From Balamuthia mandrillaris (lineage: Eukaryota), in contig JAVKOQ020000014.1 of NCBI GenBank assembly GCA_031835245.2, positions 186,001 to 250,000 on the forward strand: 64,000 bases of DNA, given 5' to 3'. Positions 27,454-39,704 of the stretch are shown here, one piece after another. Numbering within the stretch: the first letter of the stretch is position 1; each line of letters opens with the position of its first letter. Made by a program: the position numbers and the translations under genes. A model generated the notes under the pieces. The model was not told where the DNA came from, did no database searches, and saw nothing but the letters and a program-made list of their open reading frames with translations.

Positions 27454-27575
27454 ACTGTGATTTGTTGGCCTCGCCGCTCTTTTTAAATGGTTCAATAGAC
27501 ACACTCTCCTTTCTCTTTTCTTTTCTTTCTTCTCTGTTGTGTTGATGATGCTGAGTAGAAGAGAGAGATATGACA

Positions 27576-27618
<43 letters not shown>

Positions 27619-27684
27619 TAAACGTGACCCAAGCATCTATCAGAAAGAACACAACAACAAACACAAAAACCTCAATAACAATGA

Positions 27685-28684
27685 CTAGTTCCCTTTTGCA
27701 AAGGAGATGACCATGGGGTGCTGTGGCGTGATCTTGAAGTACTGCAAAGCCTCCTTGGCGATGGCGCTCTCCATCTCGTTGCCAAACTCCACAAAGGCCA
27801 TGCCCTTACCACCAGGCACCATTCGCACTTCCTGGAAGCCAGGATACTGTCGGAAGAGCATGGATAACATCAGCTCGTTGGCTTGCTCTGGCAAGTTCTC
27901 CACGAAGAGTTTCTTGTGGGGCGGCTGCTGTTTGGGTTGCGGCAGATGAGGAGTGGAAGAAGTGGAGGAGGGAGCAGAAGCTGAAGAAGCAGCTGTGGTA
28001 GTCTTCTTGGTGTCTTTCTCGTCTTCTTCTTCGCCGGTGGCGACCTTCTTCTTTTTCTTTTTGGGTTGTTTGGGCTTCTTGTCTTGAGGAGGGCGGGGCC
28101 GCTTCTCTCGTGGCTCCCATGTGCCCTTGATCTTGGCCACCAGGTCGGACCTTGTTTTCGCGTATTGCACTTTCTGTGTGTGTGTGTGAGAAGCGAGATT
28201 AGAAAGGGAAAGAAAGGAGAGGAGGAGGCGACCAGCAAAGAGAGGAAGAGTGAAGAGCCAAGAGAGAAAAAGCAGATTGATGAGAAGAAGAAGACGAGTA
28301 CGAACCATAGGTTTGTCGTAGAACATAAACTCGTTTAGGTTGCGCAAGGCGTTGGTAGCGGCGGAAAGTTCACGAAAGATGACAAAAGCCTGTCCCCTCA
28401 TCTTGAGCGTCTTCTTGGCCAGCACATCCAAAACTGTTCCATACTGTGAAAACAAAGTATAGAGCGACCGCCTCAATTCTTGAAATGGTTTAGATGAAAA
28501 CAAAATCCCTCAAATCAAAAAAAGTAGAACAATAAAACATACCTTCTTTTTTCACCCTTTCGTTGAGGTTGTTGACGTAGAGTGTCTCATTGGGAGGGAT
28601 GGTCTCCGAATCTTGTTCGTTTGTGGCGGTGGCGCTGCTGCTCGGTCCATTCCTTTCCTCAACCACGCTTTCTGTGGCCATCAT
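27685..28684 (-). CDS. U1 snRNP A / U2 snRNP B'' family two-RRM protein
   Basis: IPPNETLYVNNLNERVKKEEL..SLY.LFSQYG.VLDV...KTLKMRGQAFV; C-terminal PPHK.LFVENLP...LFRQYPGF.EVRMV. U1A versus U2B'' not resolved. Confidence 0.95.
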
Positions 28685-29242
28685 TTTCTAATGTTCGTTT
28701 TTTCTCCCCTCGCTCACACACACGCACTCCAAAATCTTATTATTATGAGTTTCACACAAAAGACGAATCAATCACCGCAAGTGAGCGCGCACGATTCGCT
28801 AAGAGGGAGTTGGCGGATTGGTTGGTCGGTTTGTCCCCGTTCTTCTTCCTCCTTCTTCCCCACGCAGACAAAAGCTCTTCTTTTTCTTTTTGACACATCA
28901 TCAACCTCAATTTTCTCCATGACGACTCGATTGACCTTTAATACTCAGGACGACCCAAATCCAGTTTCTGTACTCAATGACGACACGATCGCCGAGTTTT
29001 TTTCATGTCGACACAGATTATATATCCTAGGGCACATTTTTTCCGCTCGTGGACAGACCTACAGGACGACACGGAGCAACACGGAACCAAAGCGAACATG
29101 AAAGACCGGTGTGCTTCCTGAGAACACCCGGAAGTGACCCCGAACAAACAAACAAACAACCACCATCGCTGCCACCACCTACCTACCTACAACAGCTGCT
29201 GATCTAGGGGAAAAACAAAAACAAAAACAAAAACAAACAAAG

Positions 29243-29657
29243 ATGAAAGAACAGTATCGTGTGGATAATGTTCCGCTGTGCCTTCGGCCGGTCTTCCTGC
29301 TCGCCAGCTACTTTCTCGGCAACTCCTTCTGGCTCTACAGCTTCCTCTGCTGCGCCACCCTGCGCGTGCGCACCCACAACCTTCCCCCTGGGCAGAGCCT
29401 CTACTCCTTCCTCTACTCCCGCAACCACATCATCGCCATCTGGCACCAATTCCTCCCGGTGTACCTCTCCCTCCATTCGCGAGCGCGGCAGCTGCCCCAT
29501 TTCACGTTGCTGAACCACCCCGTTTGGTACATGAAGCCCATTCACGTCTTTCTGGAGAGGTTGGGCATGAGGCTGGTCCTGGGTTCCACTGGACATGGCG
29601 GCAGGGACGCCTCCATGCAGGTCATCCTGGCCTTGCGGAGTGGCCACTCTACCTTGG

Positions 29658-29701
<44 letters not shown>

Positions 29702-30137
29702 GCTCTTCTCTCTCCTGTTCTCATTATCGTTTATGTCAAAAACACAGATAACGCCAGACGGGCCAAAGGGTCCTTCCATGCAGATGAAGGCCGGGGCATT
29801 GCACATGTCCGTGCAGTCAGGAGTGCCCATCATTCCAGTGTTCTACAGGGTCTCGCGCAAGTGGATTCATGCCAGCTCTTGGGATAAGAAGATGTGGCCT
29901 CTGCCTTTTGCCGAGGTGGATGTCTACTGCGGTAAACCCGTTGTGGCGGATAAAGACAACATGGAGCGGGTGAAGGACTATGTGACAGCCTGCATGAGCA
30001 GCCCCGAAGCATGTCTGACGCTACAACCTCCTTCACCTTCTTCCTCTACTGCGTCATCTTCAACTTCTCAGAACTCAACCACAACGATGGCTGACGCTTC
30101 AACAACAAACCCAACGGTGCTAACGGCCAAGCTATGA
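29243..30137 (+). CDS. DUF374/lysophospholipid acyltransferase-like protein, copy 1 (2 exons), C-terminal -AKL
   Basis: IIAIWHQ, LGSTGHGG, intron ~29657-29747, ITPDGPKGP..MKAGA..MSVQSGVPIIP, SWDK...PLPF. Confidence 0.8.
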
Positions 30138-30797
30138 ATATTTATTACTTGGTGTTCATCTTATTCACCAAACAGTTTCTTTGGCTTGGCTGAGCATCGT
30201 CCTTTTCTTCAGACTTGATGCACACACCCATTCTCTCTCTCTCTCTCTCTCCTCTTTCTCTCTCTCTCTCTCTCTGCATTGTTTTGTTTATAAAGGGTGC
30301 AGGAAGGCGACAAAGCGCACTTCCCACGAGCAAGCACAAATTATGCCGTCCAGACACGGGTTAGGTGTTGGTTCACAAACCACGCTAGAATCCTACAAGA
30401 GTGCAAGCGGGTAGGAGGGGTTTGCAAAGAGCTCCTTGGGGTTGCTTGATCTCCCCAAGTTTGCTCCCGACGGTAAGTATGAGTTTGTTGTTGCTTCTTT
30501 TGCTTTTTTATAGTTGGGGATCGATGGTTGCACAGGGATGGGACAGGACTATTCCTTGCTCTTTCTTTGAAGTGGACGAAAAAGTTTGGCCACCTGACCT
30601 ATTAGACCCTCCCTCGTCGCCTCTCTTCTCCTCTCTCCTGTCCTTCTATAGCTCGCCTCCTAATAACGGCCATCATCATCAAGCAAAGTGTGTGCCTAAT
30701 ACTGCGTGAGGTGACCCTAATACTGAACGCTTCAGCAGAGAAGAGACGACGAGCCGGGATTGTTGGTAACGCGGGTTGGGGTTGAGAAGACAGAGAA

Positions 30798-31237
30798 ATG
30801 AAAGCAGAGTATCGGGTGGACAATGTGCCGTTGTGCTGGCGGCCTTTGTACCTCCTCCTGAGCTACTTTCTGGGCAACTCCTTGTGGCTCTACTGCTTCC
30901 TGTGCTCCTTCACTCTGCGCACAAGAACGCACAACCTCCCCGCTGGGCAGAGCGACCTGTACTCCTTTCTCTACTCTCGAAACTACATCCTAGCCGCTTG
31001 GCACCAGTTTCTTCCCGTCTTTAGCACCCTTCATGCAGGAGCGAGAGGGCGTCATCCTCCCTTTACTGCCCTGAACCATCCGGCTTGGTACATGAAACCC
31101 ATTCATGTGTTTTTGCAAAGGATGGGCTTTCGGTTGGCGTTGGGATCCACCGGGCACGGAGGAAGGGAAGCCTCCATGCAAGTCATCAGTGCTTTGCAAA
31201 GTGGTCATTCTACCATGGTTTGAGCTCTTCTTCTCCT

Positions 31238-31279
<42 letters not shown>

Positions 31280-31715
31280 TATTATTTGCCCTCCGTTTTT
31301 AGGGAGTATAAAGCTTACTTACTGGGGCTTCAAGATACCTCCAGATGGACCTAAAGGCCCTGCCCAGCAGATGAACGTCGGGGCATTGCACATGTCCATG
31401 CAGTCGGGCGTGCCCATCGTTCCAGTGTTCTACAAGGTATCTCGCAAGTGGATTCATGCCAGCTCTTGGGATAAGAAGATGTGGCCGCTGCCTTTTGCCG
31501 AGGTGGACGTCTACTGCGGCAGACCCGTTGTGGTGGATAAAGACAACATGGAGAGAGTGAAGGCCTATGTGACAGCCTGCATGAGCAGCTCCGAGGCTTG
31601 TCTGACTTTGCAACCCCCCTCATCTTCTGTTTCATCATCGTCATCTTCTTCTTCTCCCTCGTTTTCTTCTGAAAATAAGCCAACAACGGGCAATAATAAT
31701 ACAGCAAAGTTATGA
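30798..31715 (+). CDS. DUF374/lysophospholipid acyltransferase-like protein, copy 2 (2 exons), C-terminal -AKL
   Basis: Paralog of copy 1 with the same intron position (~31218-31334); IPPDGPKGP. Confidence 0.8.
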
Positions 31716-31950
31716 GCCTGCTTGCATTGCAGCACACTGTGTAACATTGGACGCCCTGTGTATTCTTCCTTCTTCTCGAGGCAACGTGCGTGGTCCCTCC
31801 CAGCCTGGCTCTTCCATCCAACTATTAGGTTGATGCGTCGCTTCCCGCAACAAACGTTATAAGAAAAAGTTGAACTCCTCGCGACAAAGAAAGCGTTTGA
31901 CCTTCCCGACGCACGCAAAAGCGGTCCGAACAAGCGAAAACAAGCGGAAG

Positions 31951-32893
31951 ATGAAACGGAAAGAATACCGCGTGGATAACATCCCTTTCTACTTGCGGCC
32001 GCTGTACCTCCTCCTCAGCTACTTCCTCGGTAACTCCATGTGGCTCCTCTGTGTGGTCTGTAACTTCACCCTGCGAACAAGAACGCACAACCTTCCTCCC
32101 GGCTACACTGATCTCTACCACTATCTCAACACGCGGCCGTTCATCATGGCCTCCTGGCACCGCTTCGTTCCTGTGCTGACCGTACTAAACGTAGGCGCAC
32201 GGCAGCGCCTTCCACGTTTGACCGCCATGGGCCATCCGGCTTGGTACATGAAGCCCGTGCATGTGCTAGTGGAGAAGGTCGGCTTTAATCTGGTGATGGG
32301 ATCTACTGGACATGGCGGCAGGGACGCCTCCTTGCACGTCATCCAGGCCTTGCGAAACGGCCATTCTACCTTGGTTTGAATCTACCTCCTCTTCGTACTC
32401 TTATGTTTCAAGAACGGCTTTATCTGTGAGCTCATTCGCTGTTTCCGCTTTATCAACAACAAAGATAATGACAGATGGGCCAAAGGGTCCCGCCCAGCAG
32501 ATGAAACCTGGTGCTGTGCACATGTCTGTTCAGTCAGGGGTTCCCATCCTTCCCTTGTGCTGCCGCGTCTCTGGCAACAAGTGGGTGGATAGCAAGTCAT
32601 GGGACAGGAAGGTGTACCCTCTGCCCTTTGCCAAGGTGGAGATTTTCTGCGGCAAGCCCGTTGTGGCGGACCCTGGCAACGCGGAGCGGGTCAGAGACTA
32701 TGTGACGGCCTGCATGAACAGCCCTGAAGCTTGTTTGACTTTAGAACCCCCTTTGCCTTCTTCTTCTTCTTGTTCTTCTTGTTCTTCTTCTTCTTCTTCT
32801 TCTTCTTCTTCTTCTTCTTCTTCAGCTGCCACACAAGCGGAAACAACAGCAACATCAAACAATGAGCTAAGTTTGGCAACTGCAAAGCTATAA
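31951..32893 (+). CDS. DUF374/lysophospholipid acyltransferase-like protein, copy 3 (2 exons), C-terminal -AKL
   Basis: Paralog with the same intron position (~32374-32464); IMTDGPKGP. Confidence 0.8.
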
Positions 32894-33253
32894 ATGTGAT
32901 CGAACGAGGCACACACGCACACAAAAAAAGTTATATTGTTGGTGTTCATGCATAATCCAATGGAATCTTTGTTACGTCTCCAGCAGGCACACACAAGCTC
33001 CTCTCCAGTAGGCATACACTGACCTTCTCCGCGCTTGCTCATCCTGTCCGAAGCTCGTCCCGTCGTTAAGCAGCCTTGGTTGGTTAACGCCCTATAGGAG
33101 CGACCAACCAAAAATCAAACAACATTCATGTCGACACTCTATAATCACGTCGTCGTGAAAGTTTACGGCAAAAAGTTTGAATAAAAGCCAGAGAGAGAGA
33201 GAGAAGAAGAGCGCAGCCTGTGCGTGTTTCTGTTCTCCACCACACGCACCGCC

Positions 33254-34378
33254 ATGGGGTCTGTTGTCCACGAAACAGAGACTGAGGCTGGGAGCAGCTG
33301 CGAGTGGTGCTGCGAGTTCAGGACCTACTCTGTCCACCTCCACGGCCTCAACACGGAGCTGCCGCTCTACGACACCCTCTTGACCGTCCTGCAGGCGCTC
33401 TCCCTGTTTGTCCTCCTCTTCCTCCTCAACAGCAAGTACTCCCAGCTGCTCACCATCGTGCAGCGCAGGAACAACTTGGCCTACAAGCTCAACTCCTTTC
33501 ACTCCTCCACCAAGTCGGCGCGCGCAGGCTCTTCTACTGCCTCTTCACGCTCTGCCTCCATGGCCATCTTCTCTGTGGCTGGAGGAAGAGGAGGAGGAGG
33601 AGGAGGAGGCGAAGAGGAGGAGGTGGAGGGCGAAGATGTCGAGTCTCAACAACGCGTGCCGCTTTTGCTCAAACAAAAGGAAAGAGTGGAGCAGGACAAG
33701 AGGAAGGAGAGAGGGGACGACGGAGGAGAAAGTGGCAAGGAGGAAGCTCCTCGGAGGGCAGGCGTGACGGCCAGGCTGTTCTCCTTTCTGAAGAAGAGCA
33801 AGCAGGAGAAGAACGGTGCGGAGCAGCCTCAAAACTGGGTGCTGCCGGTTTATTACAAGCTGGCCCTTGCCCAATGCATCTGGTTCACCGTCATGGCGTT
33901 TGCCTACCTTCCAAGCAGCTCCAAAAGCTTGCTCATTCGGTATGCATTTCTTTTTCTTTTTATTTTTGTGCACGTCTGTTTCGTTCTTTCTTGTTTGTTC
34001 GTTTGTGCGCGTCTTTTCGCTTTCTCTGTTTTTCTAGAAGTTGCTATATTGTCGCTATAGCCACTTTGCTCAAAAACTATATTCTTTTTCTTTTTTTTGG
34101 GATGATGAACCAAAAAAAAAACCAGGTACATTGCTTCTGTTGTGTTCAGCATTTCGGCCTTCTTTGACAACTTTCTTGTCATTTTGCTCTGCCATGATCG
34201 CTTATCTCTTTCAGCAAAGAGTAATCTCTCTCCTCTCATCTTCAATGCTGCATAATGTTAATCCTGCTATTCCTCTTCAACAGTCAAATCATTCCTCTTG
34301 TCTCTATTCTTCTCAATTTTGTACTTAATATACGCGGTATACTCTCATTCTCTTTTTGATGCCACAAACCTTTACCAT

Positions 34379-34418
<40 letters not shown>

Positions 34419-34599
34419 ATTCAATGTAAAAAAGATATTCGTTCCAAAGGAAAAAGACTGCCCATGGTGCGGCGTTCACTTCCCAAATTCTTACATTAGC
34501 ATTCCCTACTCTATATCTTCTTTCTTCTACATTCTCTTTGCGGTTTGCGCCAAGAATGGCTGGCCTCTTTTTTGTATCAACGGTAAACATTCTCTCTCC

Positions 34600-34640
<41 letters not shown>

Positions 34641-36813
34641 TCCTCTCTCTCCTAGCCATATCATTCTAACTGCTTTATCTTAGTTCATCCGGCAGCTTTT
34701 ATTTGGTGTTCTTTTCTTATTGTTCCTTATGCTGGTTTATATCTTTCTTGTTCTTGTTCTTCCTTTTCTTCTGCAGCAGTTCTTCGTTCTTTCTTATTGT
34801 TCAGATTTTTCTTATAGCTGCTTCTTTTGGTTGTTATTTAAACTGTAGGTGCTGCCATCAGCATTGGCTTGTTGAAACTCTATGACATAGACTTTGGCTA
34901 TTGGTTTTTTTTCCCATCTTCCTAATGCTAAACTTTCTTCTTTCGTTGTGCTAACTTTGCGCCTCTCGATTAAGCCTACTGGGAATCGTACTGTTGTGGT
35001 ATACTGTCTTTTACGCACCCGCACTATACCTAACAATGACAAAGGACTCGCGTTACTGTATTCAACACAATAAAATCCCTGATCCGGTTCGAAATGCTCC
35101 TCGTTCTATTTGTTTCCTCTCTCATCGCTTTTGTTCATCAACAGTCACGACCAGGAGATGACGCTGACGCTGACAAACAACAACGAGAAATGGTTCTGCG
35201 GTTACTTAAAGACCTCCCACCGGAGCTTCATGGTTTAGCAGTCTTTTACATTCTGTTTCCACTTTCTCTCTTGTGCTGACATCCGTTTTTTAATTTCCCG
35301 TGTTAGATATGTTGAGTGATGGTACAGTGCGATTGATTGATGGTAGAGACATAGAGGTCTACGAGCGCATCGGCATCGGTGGCTACGGAGAGGTTTTTCG
35401 AGGATCGTGGCATGGCACCATTGTGGCCATCAAAACACTCTTTGCGTTTTCTGCAAAGAATAGAATCGCGTCGTTGGAGAGCCTGCTTAAAGAAGTCCGC
35501 ATTCTTTCGTACGTGCTTGTTGTTTTTTCTCACAATTTCTTTGTTTCTGATGGTAGTGAATTCTACAAAAGTCAATTGCGGCATCCAAATGTACTCCTAT
35601 TTATTGGTACGTTCTCTCTCTCTCTCTCTCATTACTCTTTCCATTTTCGTTAATTTCTTTTCTTTGTTGGCGCTCGCCGAATTGTCGTTCAATAACTTAT
35701 CAATCTACAATGCAAAGGCCTTTCGTTAAACGAAGGTGCGCAGTCTCTTATTACGGAGTACATGAGCAACGGCAGCGTATGGGACATGATACATGATCCA
35801 CAAGAGGTTCCTCTCTCTCCTCTATCTCGCTCTTTCTCTCTCTCTTGTTGTTTTCGTTCTTCCTCACTCTTCGCTCGATGCTTTTTTTTTCTCAAATAAA
35901 AAGGAGATTGAATGGAGCCCAGAATTGGTGCATCGGCTAATGTTGCAAACAGCACGAGGAATGACCTATCTGCATCACTTCCAGCCTACCATCATTCATC
36001 GTGATCTCAAGTCACAAAATCTGTTAGTGGATGAGTACTTCAATGTGAAAGTGGCAGACTTTGGAATTTCCAGAACGAAGGATATGACGACGAGCGTCGC
36101 CATGACTGCCGTTGGTACCGCTCAGGTTAGTTCTCAACTTTATTCTTTTGTTTTGATTTTGATTCTCAAAGTGTTGTTATTAGTGGGCAGCTCCAGAAGT
36201 TTTACGAGAAGAGAAGTATACAGAAAAAGCGGATGTATATTCATTTGGCATTATTATGTGGGAACTTCTCGCCAGACAAGAACCTTATCCCGGCACCACG
36301 TACTCTCCTCCTCTGCTTCCTCATACCCCTTCTTTTTCATCAGTTACTCACGTTAACTTTTCTACTTAACGACGGGAAAATAGTTCATTGATAAAATTAG
36401 TCACCCAAGTTGTAAACGAGGGACTCAGACCAGATGTAAATCAAGTGCAAATGCAAAACGAAGAAGATCGCCTCGTTTACATCGACCTCATGCAAAGATG
36501 TTGGTTGGAAGATGCCGCTTCGAGACCCACTTTCGACGAGATTCTGGATGTGTTGAATCAATTGAACCCCAACAAGCGAAAGTCTGCAAAGTTCAAGAGG
36601 ATGAGCGAAGAGCGGAGGTTGCACGTCACTTTCCGAGAAAAGGAGAAGATGAGGAAGAAGCAAAACAAGCAAATTGATAGCAACGATAAGCAGCGCCTGT
36701 CGCACGATGTATCGCCACCACCAACAGAAGAAGCAAGGAAACAAGATGAAATGCATGTTGCGGTCGACGTTCTCTCCCAGCGTTCCGACCAAGATGAGTT
36801 ATTGTTATCATAG
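33254..36813 (+). CDS. Multi-pass (7TM/TPRA1-like) membrane domain fused to a TKL protein kinase, multi-exon
   Basis: Several hydrophobic exons ending ...WYTVFYAPALYLTMTKDSRY splice in frame to the kinase: IGIGGYGEV, VAIK, LRHPNV, HRDLKSQN, DFG, GTAQWAAPE, DVYSFG, RPTF. Confidence 0.85.
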
Positions 36814-36880
36814 TTTGGTAATGCAGGCTCTTAGTTTTCGTTCGTGAACCATCTTCTAACAGAGAGAGAAGAGAGAAGTT

Positions 36881-36927
<47 letters not shown>
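36881..36927 (+). repeat. (AG)n microsatellite, intergenic
   Basis: Dinucleotide array. Confidence 0.95.
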
Positions 36928-36929
<2 letters not shown>

Positions 36930-37236
36930 CGCCATTGAGACAGAGAGAGTTAGAATATGGTATTGTTCCGTGTGGCATTGCATTCGGTTCATGCTGGATT
37001 TGGGTGACACTAAGGGAAGAAAGAGAGTGGAATGGACGTTTACCATGGAAGAAGAGAGAGAGAGTGTTTCACGTTGGGTGCTTGTTTTTCAACTCATCCC
37101 ACATTGCAATAAGGCGAGGATATTTAACACCAGTACATAATTTGTCGACAGTAGACATTTGAATTTCGATTGGGCTGATCTTAAAGTTTTCAGATCCATG
37201 CCGACACGAAAAAAAAGAAGGAAAAGAAAGAAAGAA

Positions 37237-38273
37237 ATGGGCATCGACAAACGGTGGCTGCTGGGCGGCGGTGTGCTCTATGCCGGCGCCGCTGGGGCTG
37301 GCTACTGGTACACACGGCGCGCCAAGTTTCCATCAGCTAGTGCGCCCACGGACGACGAACGGATGGGCACCTTTGACAAGATCGCTGACCGCTACGACTC
37401 GGACATCGATTTGGATGAGCGGGCGGGCGGCATCCTCAAATGGCGGAGGAGGTTGTTGGTGGATGGCGGCAAGGCCCGCGGCCGCGTGTTGGAGGTGGGA
37501 GCAGGCACAGGGAGGAACATAGAACACTACATGGCCTCGCCTGCGTGCACCGAGGTGGTCCTCACCGACCGCAGCGCCGAAATGTTGGAGGAAGCCATAA
37601 AGAAGTACAACGAGCTAAGGTTTCTCTCGTTCTCTTCTCTTTCCTATCATCACTCTCTTCTTCGAATCTCTTTGTTCCCTCTCTCTCCTGATCTACTCTC
37701 CACCGTTCTCTCTCTCTCGCGCTCTTCTCTGCTTTTCTACTATTTGGAGGCGTGAACAAGCTAACACGTTGGCGGCAGCTTAGCCAGAAAACCGGCACGA
37801 GCGCTGGGCTAGAAAAGAGGCCCAAGTTCTACTTTCGGGTGGTCGATGCGGCCGACTTGGGCGCCACCTTTCCACCGCAGTCGTTCGACACGGTGGTCGA
37901 CACCTTTGGGCTGTGCAGCTACCCCGACCCCGTGGGAGTGTTGGAGCAGATGCAGCAGCTCTGCAAGCGAGACGGACATGGCCGCATCCTCCTGCTGGAG
38001 CACGGCCGCAGCCGCAGCTGGTCCTGGCTCTCGCGCTATCTCGACAAACGGAGCAACAGGCATGCCCGGCGGTGGGGCTGTTGGTGGAACCGGGACATTG
38101 AGGACCTCATCGCCAAGTCTGGCCTTCATGTCCTGCAAAAGAAGACCTTTCATTTGGGCACCGGATACTTTATCGTGGCCGAACCTTCCTCGTCGCGTCA
38201 TCGGGCGGAAGAGGTTGCGGTTGCTAGCCGCAGCACGACGTTTGCTCCCTCCCCTTCTCCACCACAACAATAA
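37237..38273 (+). CDS. Class I SAM methyltransferase, OMS1/METTL7-like, 2 exons
   Basis: FDKIA..YD, VLEVGAGTGRN, D.S.EML, FDTVVDTFGLCS, ILLLEHG, WGC.WNRDI. N-terminal TM anchor. Confidence 0.88.
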
Positions 38274-38647
38274 CATCCCTTCTTTGTCTTCACCCTCTTC
38301 GTCCTCATTATCTTCTCCTTGTTCTTCTTCGTTCTTCTTCCCAAAGAAGAAGGGGTATTGGCGCCTTTCAAGGGCTTGCACCGTTGAGCACCACATGGAC
38401 GGAGCAGACAAAAGCAAACACAAGGAAAGCCATCAGCAAACCGAAAGAAAAGACAAAGCAACGTTGCTGCTATGGCATATAGTATACTTTATTCTTTTTG
38501 AATTGCGTTTTAATCCTTCTTGCTCTTTGCTCTTTTCTTTCATCCTTCACACACACACACATACTCCTCTCCATAGCAAAAGCGAAGAAGAAGCCACACA
38601 GCTTTGTTGGACTCGTACAACCTCACCACAACAAAAACACAATAGCA

Positions 38648-38725
38648 ATGTCCATTGGACCGGGAGTCTCGGGCCATGTTGTGTTCGAGTTGAAGAAGCA
38701 ACGCGAACTCTGCGAAAGGTTTGGT

Positions 38726-38763
<38 letters not shown>

Positions 38764-39121
38764 CTCTCCTATCTCTCTCTCCTATCTCTCTCCTCTCTCT
38801 CTCTCTTCGTGTTTTGGATGTCCTTTTTTCTCATCCATGATCTGGTGTTTCTAAAAAAAAGTTTGTTGGAGAGCCTTCAAAGCCGTGATAATGAGGTCCA
38901 TCGCCTCAAGTTCAGAGTGGAACAGGCAAAGGCTGGTGGAGATCCAAACGACCTCAAGCATGAAGTGCGTTGTTTGTTTTTGGTTTTCTTGTTCTTCCAA
39001 ATGAAACCAATATTAACTGAAAACAAACAGCAACACATGTTGGAAGAGGCGAGACAGTCTGAAGGCAAGCTTAGAAGACTCTTTGAGGACTCACTCGCTG
39101 ATTTGAAGAGATTGGTGGTAT

Positions 39122-39169
<48 letters not shown>

Positions 39170-39313
39170 GTTCAGAAGACTTCATTTTTGTAAATTCACA
39201 AACATAAACAGGACACCGATGTGGAGAACAGCGTGGCAGTGAACGACATCAAAAGGTCGGATGAGTACCACAAAGTCCTGAACATCCTCAACGAGCACAC
39301 CGCCTCCGTCTAA
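38648..39313 (+). CDS. Small helical protein, probably a divergent tubulin-folding cofactor A (TBCA-like), 4 exons
   Basis: Spliced ~120 aa: ELKKQRELCESLLES...RVEQAKAGGDPNDLKHEQHMLEEAR...LRRLFEDSLADLKRLV...SDEYHKVLNIL. The three-helix pattern resembles TBCA. Confidence 0.55.
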
Positions 39314-39704
39314 CGGATGAGAAAACCCCAACACACAAACAAATTCTACGTCGACAATAAATAAATTTCGTGTCGTCCTGTATCATTTCTCTCCTGTCCG
39401 CTCTCTTATCCATGCTCCCGTCTTTTGAAGACCCACATGTGTACTAATCCGCGTCGTCCTGAAATAGGTTATCTCTTATCTACTCTCCTATCCATGAAAA
39501 AAAGGCTGATGAAAAATCCGAAAACAAAAAAAAAAAGGAACGAAAAAGAGAGAGAGAGAAAAAAGGGGGGAGAAGAGCGAGAGAGATAGAGAGAAACAGA
39601 ACGAACTAGCAAGACCAAGACTAAAGCTCTCCCTCTCTCCCCCTTTAAAAAAAATAGCGGCCTATTCGTAAGCTCTTTTTTTAATTTTCCAGTTTTAAAA
39701 AAAT

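Noticed and set aside
30401..30709. 102-aa ORF with a Leu run between acyltransferase copies 1 and 2
   Set aside because: No recognisable domain or splice support; may be intergenic.
35050..35160. Possible in-frame TGA (recoding or selenocysteine) created by splicing in the TM-kinase gene
   Set aside because: An alternative phase-0 donor (CCG|GTTCGA) with acceptor CAG|TCA gives an open frame without a stop.
37846..39207. 453-aa ORF spanning the methyltransferase and TBCA-like genes
   Set aside because: Chance read-through of an alternative frame, intergenic DNA and introns; better explained by two spliced genes.
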